Below are positions 52,901 through 64,000 of a DNA stretch of 64,000 bases, in pieces. Both the position numbers and the translations under genes were made by a program. The DNA comes from the human T2T-CHM13v2.0 reference genome, Homo sapiens. Location of the stretch: the NCBI RefSeq assembly GCF_009914755.1, contig NC_060938.1. The stretch is one strand, 5' to 3'. Below the pieces are notes generated by a model. That model was not told where the DNA came from and did no database searches. It saw only the letters and a program-made list of their open reading frames with translations. The first letter of the stretch is position 1. Each line of letters starts with the position of its first letter.

Positions 52901-55461
52901 CAAATGACGCGAAATGTATGTTGGGGCAACTGGTCGTTGAGGGAGGCAGCAGGCAGGTCACAGAGCTGGGAGTACTGGGTCAAGGAAATGCCCCAGCCTA
53001 ACCACTTTTTTGACTGTCCCACCCAGCCCTGCCCCAGACCCCAACTTCTGCCCCACCAATCCTGGGATACCCAGACATGGCTGGGCCGGTTCCTGCCATC
53101 TGGGGTCCTCCACTCCACAATCAGGGGAGAATCATCAACCATGAGCAGCAAGATCTCCATCCTGGAGCCCACCTGGCACAAAGGACAAAGACTTCAGCCC
53201 CATCAGCACCAGGCCCACAGTCCCACAGTGCTCTTGACAAAAGCTGCAGGACTCACTAAGAGGGGCCGAGAGAAGGAGACAGTCAGACAGGCCTCGTCCC
53301 GGCTCACATGCAGGCAGCGCAGTGCATCCTGGGGGTCAGCTGCGGGGAGACAGTGTCAGATTTCTTTAAACCCTCTCCCATTCCTATTAAGCGCTAAACA
53401 CCCAGCCCCTTTCCTCATTGCTCACCTCGGCCTAGGAGCCAACGGTGATAAAACCAGGCACTCTGGTCATTGGGGTCAGTGAAGAAGGCATTCTGCACCA
53501 GCTCCAGCTCTGTGGGGTTCCAGGAGGCATGGGGCTGTGGTCAGGACACTGGTGAGCTCCTGGCCACTCCAACACCCTACCCTCTCCTTGGAGTACTTCC
53601 AGCCCCCAGTCTCACTTATATGCTGTCCTTGCACAGGGGCTACGTATGTCAGTTTTATCTTCCCCATCAGACACTTAAGCTTCCTTCAGCCAGGGACTGA
53701 TTCTTAAGCACCCCTGGAGCCACGCATGAAGTAGGTGCTCAATAAACCTGAGTGACAGGTTCAGGAACAGGGTCAGGCATGGGGGCTGGAAGGGTGGCAC
53801 TGCAGAGTCCTCCTGAGCATCCCTGACCCTGGTTACCTTTGAGCAGCACATCCTCAGGGAGGCGCCCCTGTGGTCCAGAATCCGGCTGGGGGTGCAGCTG
53901 GGGCAAGAGACAGGAGCGGTAATGCCAGGAAGAGTAGTTGGAGAAGTTTCGGGTGATGAGGCTGTCAGTGAAGGCTAGCTCTTCTGCAGGGGGCACGGCT
54001 GCCTGTGTGGCCACAAACCGCCGATAGTCCCAGCAGTGAACTGGAGGGGAGAGGTGACAGCATATCTTAGAGGCAGGGCAAGAGGAGCTACCTGGCTGGG
54101 ACCCCTAGAGTCCCCTCAGGAACCCCTAGAAACACCTCAGTGCACTCCACGGAGGATGCATTTGGCTCCAACATCCCTTTCAGCACCAGCTCAGTGGACC
54201 CATCCTGGATATCCCTCCCCATTCTGGGCCTTACTGAGGCCCCAGTACCAGAATGTGGGCAGGTGAGGGCTGTGGGGACAGAATCTGCAGCCACGTACAG
54301 TTCCGCTCATCCACCTCCAGGAAACGGGCACAGAGCTCCAGCTCTCGGGTCCAGTTGGGCTCAGGCAGGCGGCCTAGCAGCCAGCATCGGTGGTGCCAGG
54401 TACCATAAGACTTGGGGTTCACCCGCAGGCAGCTCTCCAGGAAGCCCAGTTCTGCCTTCACCAGAGCAGCCAACTCTTCAGGAGACCTGTACCCAGAAGG
54501 GAAGCGGGGGGTCAGGGCTCTCCTACAGTCAACCTCAGCTCACCCCTCACTTTCTGCACCCAGCCCCCTACTATCCTCCATCTATGCCACTGGCTGCCCC
54601 ATTTCTCCTCCACCCCTAGGCCCAGGCAGTGCAGGCGCAGGGCCAGGGCAGTCTTCTGAGATCCTGAATCCCTACGCACTTCTGAGTCTCCAGCTGCTGG
54701 AGCACCTCTCGTCGGCAGTTCCAGAGGGTGGCAAAATCAGGGTTGGCTCCCAGAATCTGGCTTGTCAGTTCCAGCACGGACTCATCCAGCTCACCAGCCT
54801 GGCGCTAAGAAGATAGGTGGCAGGGTTAGAGATCATATAATTTTCCCACTACAGGACTAAATAACGTAAACTTAAAACCATCCAATATTCTGTGAATCCC
54901 ACATTATACAACAGGTACTATGAACCATGCTTTATGGCCTTACAGGTATTCTCTCATTTAATCTTCACAACAGCCTTATGCAGTAGGTGCAATTATTAGC
55001 CCCATTTTACAGATGAGCAAACTGAGGCCCAAAGAGATTCAGCAACTTGCCCAAAGTCATACAGTTATAAGTGAGATAACCCAGAATTGGATCTAGGCAG
55101 TCTGACTCTAGGGACCAGCTCTTGGCCTCTGCACTATACTAAGGGAGCTACTTGGGGTCGGGGCTACCTCTGAGGGCCCCACCTTCTGGAATACGGCCTG
55201 GGTGGCTGACTGGTATAGCTTCAGCTTCTGCTCTCGCTCTAGCCTTTTGGCCTCCGCCTGCTCTTCTGACGTCTTCACCTTCAGGCGTCCGTGCTACAAG
55301 GATGAAAGGGTTGGAAGAGTGCAGGTTGCCTTGCAGAAGCTGACCTGCAAAAACCCCACACTGTGGAGCCCTAGGTTCATACGGGGCAACCATGGCACTG
55401 CCACTGGGGGTGAGGGCGCGGGCCTGCGGAGGTGAAGGGCTGGGCTCAGGGTTCTCACCAT
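49961..55461 (-). CDS. RABGGTA: Rab geranylgeranyltransferase (GGTase II) alpha subunit (567 aa)
   Basis: Coding exons 55461-55459, 55293-55183, 54804-54680, 54486-54299, 54040-53837, 53509-53426, 53339-53257, 53172-53071, 52965-52860, 52766-52715, 52544-52456, 52304-52216, 52122-52006, 51235-51122, 50863-50776 and 50109-49961 total 1704 nt. Starts [13 protein letters not shown]; PPTA repeats ([22 protein letters not shown]); LRRs ([18 protein letters not shown]); ends SVSSVLT*. Confidence 0.98.
54930..55140 (+). mobile_element. MIR in a RABGGTA intron
   Basis: TCATTTAATCTTCACAACAGCC...CCCATTTTACAGATGAGCAAACTGAGGCCC...CTTGCCCAAAGTCATACAG. Confidence 0.8.
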
Positions 55462-55539
55462 GGTGCCGGCTCAGGGTTCAAGACAGGGGAAGGGTCCAGT
55501 GGTAGCCCTTGAAGTCTGAGGAGAGAAGTGTCAATCACG

Positions 55540-56090
55540 TAGCCCCGCCCCTACTAGCTCCGCCCACAGCTGTGTCCGGAAGCAGCAAGCGTGCCTGGGC
55601 AGAGACCCCCAGAGTGTAAAGAGGTCCTGGGACAGGCTTTGCACGTTCCACAAGAGGTGAGCACCCGGACTAGGACTTCCATCCGTGTGGCCCTTCCTAT
55701 AGCCCGATTCGCCCGGGCCAGAGCGCGAGCCGGGGCACCTGGGCGTTGGGGACCACTCTGCTCCCCAAAGGTTGCCGCTACCCGCCCGTCCCACGGCTCC
55801 CGGGCACCCCCGCCCCCCGCGGGCGGACCCACCTGCGCTGGGAGGAGGCGCGGGGGACGCGGAGCTGCGGCGCCCGCCACAGAGCCCAGGCGCTGGCTAG
55901 AGCGGCGCCACGTCCCGGCTCATCGAAACGCAGCGCACTCTGCAGGCTTGGGGAGGGACTTGCGGCGGAAGAGGCCGGCTCGGAGGCGCGTGCGCGGGGG
56001 CTCTGCGCTCGCTGTCCGGAAACGCCTCGTACCTGTTAGCCACCTGGTGTGTACGAGTGCGCACGGGCGACTGTAGCGTGCGTGTGAAAT
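55540..56090 (-). promoter_or_regulatory. RABGGTA CpG-island promoter and non-coding first exon (donor CAG|GTGGG at 55833/55832)
   Basis: High CpG density, GC boxes and CGGAAG ETS sites. Confidence 0.75.
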
Positions 56091-56199
56091 GGGGGGAGGA
56101 CCATGCCAGTTGGTAACTCAGAGTGCAATGTAGTTAGTGGAAGAGGTTTCTCCAACAGCCGGAAACCCGCACCTTCACTACTCCACTGACCTCACCCTG

Positions 56200-57350
56200 G
56201 CCACACCGACAGCCTTCTAGATGTCAAATCTAACAGGGGGAGTTTCCTGTCATTTTCTCTAACCTCTGAAGCATTTGACGCTACCCATTTCTTTATACTT
56301 GACACCCCCATTCTGGCTTCTCCTCCTGCACCTCTGCCTCTCTCTTCTCATCTGTTCACCTCCACCCCTAAATGTTGGTGATCTCCAGGGCCCTTTCCTC
56401 ACCCCTTTTTCACTTCACCCACTGTTCCTGGGAGAATGTTTAAATGTAAGCCTTCAACTGCTTCGAGTTGGAGCTCCTCAGAGCTGTTTTGGCCCACAAA
56501 TCTGGCATTACACTTTCTCTGGGTGAGTTCATCCACACTCATTGTTTTAATTACTACCTGTAAATTGATGACACCCAAATTTATATCTCCAGCCCAGATG
56601 TCTTGCAAGCTTAAATAACAATAAATAATATACATGCACATACATATTCAAACACCTGTTGGATATCACCTGGTGTCCCAGAGACACCTCAAACTCCAAA
56701 AGCCAAAAGGTATAAATTATCTTTCATCCATCCTGTCTAAACATTGGCCTTTATGTTTTCTATTGTAGTGAATGGCACTATTTCCTCCTCACTTCTTAAA
56801 CTCGCTTAAATACTCTTTCTCTTCCCACTGCCACTAGGAGTTCAAACTCCGAATTTCTTCTCCAGATTGTTGAAAGTCTTTTCAGTGTTCTCCACCTCAT
56901 CCCTTGTTATCAGTCCATCCTCTGTGCTACTGAATCCATTTTTCTAAAATGCAGATTTGACGTCATATCTGTGCCTAAAAGTGCTGAGTGGCTCCTTTTC
57001 AGGATAGAATTGTAATCTCTCAGCTCAGCACATCAGACCTATTGGCATTTGGGCTCTGCCTACTCTCTGGCTGTATATCCTGCCTGACCCTGCCAAAAAC
57101 TCTTCATGACAGCCTACAGAAATACTTGCAGTTTCCTAAATATGTTAGCCTGTTCCCTCTTGACTCTCCTTTCTCCACACTCCTCCTTTGCCACAGTAAT
57201 TCCTGTTTATCTTTAAGATTTAACTTTTTGAACTCCACAGTACAAAGAAAAAAAAATGTAACTCAAGTGGCACCTCGAGGAAGTTCTCTAAAATGCCCCA
57301 GTCTGATTTGATAGACCTTCATATGTACTTTTAAAGACTGTGATTTTTTT
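56200..57350 (-). mobile_element. L2 LINE remnant
   Basis: Pyrimidine-rich with L2 hallmarks such as GATGACACCCAAATTTATATCTCCAGCCCAGA and GGATATCACCTGG...CACCTCAAACTC. Confidence 0.6.
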
Positions 57351-57513
57351 CCCTGTGCCTACTGCAAAGAAGGTTTTCTGGTGGAGCCTTTATGAGGTTC
57401 AGGGTGGCTAGTGAGTGTGTGTGTACCACACGTACACGTGTGTGATGTCTTTGCGAATATTGTGTCCATGTGGCATGTGTGTGTTTATAACTCACACCTG
57501 GGTAAGAAGGTAG

Positions 57514-59570
<2,057 letters not shown>

Positions 59571-60264
59571 AAATGATGTTTGAAGAAGAGATTTTTACTG
59601 CCCTCTATGTATAGAAAGAAACAAACAGTAATTGAGTATCAACAGAGCCCCAGACATCTTATTTACTGCACTCACTACCTATATGAAATAGGTATTATCC
59701 ATATTTTACAATGAAGCAACAGGGAATACAGTGGGTTTGCAGAGGTTAGTTTCTTGTCCAAAGTCACACATCTTCGAGATTCAGAATTGAGTCGGCTGTA
59801 TAGGTGAGAGTGACCATTGCCAGAGGCCTGAACCTGAGTTTCTTGAGACCTGGAACCCTGGCGTCTTTCCACCCCTGCCAATTCTTTCTCTACTCCTGCT
59901 CCCAACATACATACACAGAAGCACACACACATAGTCACTTACAATGGCTCCAGGACCCTGAGCCCGTCACAGACCAGAGAGTCTGGAGGGAGGAAAGGGG
60001 GCCACGAGCCCTGGGTCAGGGCCCTGGGCCAGGGCCCTGGGTCAAAGCTTGGCTAGAAGCCATGGTCTGACGGCAGGGGGAGCAAGTGCGAGACAGGTAA
60101 TGGAGCTGTCTCCGGGCCATGTGCAGTGTGTGGTAGTGTGTGCATTTATTCAGTCTCTTGATGTTCAGCATCAGTGCTGGGCCTCACAGCATGTTGGGTG
60201 CCAGGGATCCAGTAGTGGACCAGAAAGACAAGTCTCTGTCTTCCAGAGCTTACAGTGGCGTGTA

Positions 60265-60992
<728 letters not shown>

Positions 60993-62513
60993 GTCTCTTG
61001 GGTGAGACACGTAAGATGGAGTAGGACAGGGGCCCATGAGGGCCCACAGAAGGGACACCTCACCCAGACTCAGGTTAAGAAGAACTTGTTTTAGATCTGG
61101 TGATTGTAACGGTTTACATTTTTTTCTGTTTAACTTTTGATGCTTACTCTATTCTTCTATAAAACTTGTCACTGAGGCATAATGTATTATACTGAAAGTG
61201 CACAAATCACAGATGTGCAGCTCTGATCCTCCTATTTTAAAACTCTCCCAGACACAGGTATGGGTAAAAGGTTTAGTGGGGGACGGGAGACACAGAACGG
61301 AGGTAAATGTGGGGAAGGAGGTTAGAAAACCCCCTCTTCAGGGATGATCTGGCAGAACCTAGAATCCACATGAATGTCCCTGTGGCTGTGGGGGGGCAGT
61401 GGGCATGGAGAGTGAGGATGGAGAAGGACTATTTCTGAGGACCAGTAGGCAGGATTTGGTAGCAGGTGAGACTAAGATGCAGGGACGAAGGGAACTGGGA
61501 GGAAGGCTTGCAGTTGTAAAGCTGAGGACTTGAGAATTTGTGGTGTCCACAGAGGTCCTAGAACATGGGCGTGGGGAGGGATGGTTGCATGAGAAGAGGA
61601 AGGGCTACTTCTCACATGTTTGGTTTTGATGTGGAGATGTCCTGAGGCAACAAGAAATCCTTGCCTGGAGAGAGGCTGAGAGGTCAAGGCAGAAGAAGTC
61701 AGCGTGGGCGTCAGGTGTGCGCAGGTAGTCATTACACCCAGCAGAGAATGGGTGCTCTGGGGAGAGGGGAGGTGAGGGAACCCACAAACAAGCTTTGATA
61801 GAGCGTGGTGAGGGCAGGGCTGAGGGTGTGGGGTGGAGAAGCCTCAGTGGAGGGCAAAAGAAGAAATGGACAACGAAGAGAGGAGAACTTCTGTGCTCCC
61901 GAAGCCATAATTAATGAGAAATTATAATGACTGAATACTTTATAGCCATGATGGCAAGAAACTGAAGCTCTGCCCGAGGCCGCACAGCCAGAAGCAATAA
62001 AGCCTGGCCTTGTGCTCAGGCTGATTCCAGAAGACGCTTTCTTGCTGGCTTTCCCTCCAGCCTTGCCCACCATGCTTTGCTGGAGCCGGCCAGGGCCAGG
62101 ACTGTGGGAGGAGGGTGGAAGGAGGCATCCAGAGACCTCTGGGAATCTTGGGTGGGGGTGCTGGATGCTGGCCTTGTGGGGAAGCGGGGCCAGCAAGGGG
62201 AGGCAACTCAGGCCAGATGGTCTGGATCTAATCTTGGGACCCAGATGAAATCAAATATTGGGAAATCTGAGTCCCAGCACAAGTTGGGGTCAAGAAAATG
62301 AAAGGGGAAGAGCAGCGCTGGGTGCCTGCCACGTGTCAGTGATAGCAGAGTTGAAGCTTCCCCATGGCACAAGCAGAAGTGCCCAATTCTTATCTCTTGC
62401 AACAGGGACTTCCTCTGCCCCCAGCTTCCTGATTCTTTATAACTCTGACCATCGCAGAGCACAGCGTTATAGCGAGACAGGGCATGATGGATCCCCAGCA
62501 GCCCAGAGATACT

Positions 62514-62571
62514 CAGTGAAGTCACATACCCGGAGGTGGGGCCAGTGAAGTCACATACCTGGAGGTGGGGC
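62514..62571. repeat. 29-bp tandem duplication CAGTGAAGTCACATACC(C/T)GGAGGTGGGGC x2
   Basis: Units at 62514-62542 and 62543-62571 with one mismatch. Confidence 0.9.
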
Positions 62572-62959
62572 CAGGTTTGGAAACCAGGTTTTCAAATGAC
62601 TATCTTAGTGCTTTTGCACCCATCAGCTCTATCTTAGGATATGTTGAGCAACAAAATGGTGAACTGTGGGGGTGCTGGTGGGATAGTAGATATGGTTGTA
62701 ACGGATAGGACATCCATCACCAAATAATATGAATTAATGTGTCTTTGTCAACCTGGAGGGAGGTCCCTAGTGATGGCACTTTTTCAGTGACGTGGGATGA
62801 GCACAGATGCCACTCTCATAATCGAAGGTCACTTGCACATAATTGGGAGGAATACTGGATGATGGCGTCTGGTGAGATTGTTGGGCCAGATTTGTCATGT
62901 GGTATTGAATAGGGACAGAATTACACTCTGGTTCTTTGGTCTTCAGATAATCAGCTGCA

Positions 62960-63500
62960 CAAGAGTGAGATACGTGAGGGGTGGAATAACGATAGTGTAT
63001 GAAGACAGGAGGACTCTGGCTGATAAGAGATTGGAAAGAATTGACTGTGATCTGCTTGCCAAAAGCACTAACATGACTTTGGGATGCACTAAGAGAGCTT
63101 TAGTACCCAGAACAATGGGGCTCATAGGCCCCAGACTCTGTGAGAGTCAAACCCTGTGAGGAGTGTGTGGCCCATTTTGAGAGGGACAGAGACAAACTGT
63201 AGAGTCCAGAGGTAGAAATCAGGATGGTGAGAAGAGCCCATGACCACAGGGAAGACATGAAGATACTGAACTGGGAGAGAAGATTCAAGGGGCAGATGAT
63301 AATGGTCTTTCAACTCCTGGAATAGAAACCGAATTGATTCTGCATATCTTGAGAGCAAAGACCAAAGACCAGAGAGTGGATGTAGATCCTTTATGAGGAA
63401 GGACTTTCTAATAATTAAAGCTAATTATTCTACCAAAGGTAGAATGGGCCTCAATGAGAGGTGGGAGGCATTCAAGCATATGTTGGTCAACCACTTTGTG
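62960..63500 (+). mobile_element. L3/CR1 LINE fossil (RT C-terminus and 3' end)
   Basis: ORF 62872-63159 contains AKSTNMTLGCTKRALVPRT, resembling the CR1 RT motif AKKANxILGCIxRSxxSR; L3/MIR3-like tail AGGAAGGACTTTCTAATAATT...GGCATTCAAGCA. Confidence 0.55.
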
Positions 63501-64000
63501 AGAATGTAGTAGTGGACATTCAGAGACCAGAGTCTCTCCACTCTGAAGTTCTGAAAGATGCTGATCCCTGGGATGGAGCAGGGGACTAGAGTAACTCAGA
63601 GCCCAAGAAGATCCTCTCCACTGCCCATTCCCCACAACTGACCATTCCTTGGACACTTGGTTTGAATGCTTGCATTCTTTCTCTTCTCCCTGCTCCCCAG
63701 TTCCTTCTGAGTCAGGCTGGGGAAATTGCTTGATGGCCCATGGGGGTTGCCACGTGCCTGTAGCACACTTCCTGGCTGGGGAAGAAGACGAAACAGGTTA
63801 GCCAGTGAGAAGGGAGGGCAGGTCCCCAAGGTTGCCCTAAAAGACAGAAGGGCCCCAGAGGGAAAGTCCCCACAAGAGCATTCTAACTCTCCCAGGGTGT
63901 GGTGGGTACTGACTCAGGTTGGCGTCTCTTGGGGAAGAGTTGAGGGAAAAGCAACCAAGAAATGGTGTTGAAAAGCTGGAAAAACTTCTTGAGCCAGCCA

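Overview
This is human (primate) genomic DNA that I recognise as the 14q11.2-q12 gene cluster. In order it holds the 5' end of MDP1 (-), NEDD8 (-), GMPR2 (+), TINF2 (-), TGM1 (-) and RABGGTA (-), followed by about 8 kb of repeat-rich intergenic DNA. I reconstructed all coding exons by hand from splice signals. They join into full-length proteins of the expected sizes: NEDD8 81 aa, GMPR2 348 aa, TIN2L 451 aa, TGM1 817 aa and RABGGTA 567 aa. Most ORFs in the supplied track are Alu-derived or antisense noise. I found no convincing new gene or system. The most interesting signals are in splicing architecture: two U12-like (minor-spliceosome) introns plus a GC-AG intron in RABGGTA, six short 3n stop-free introns, an in-frame hydrophobic cassette exon in GMPR2, intron-retention isoforms of TINF2, phase compatibility for a NEDD8-MDP1 read-through, and a candidate intronic terminal exon in TGM1. 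Repeat boundaries and subfamily names are by eye and approximate.
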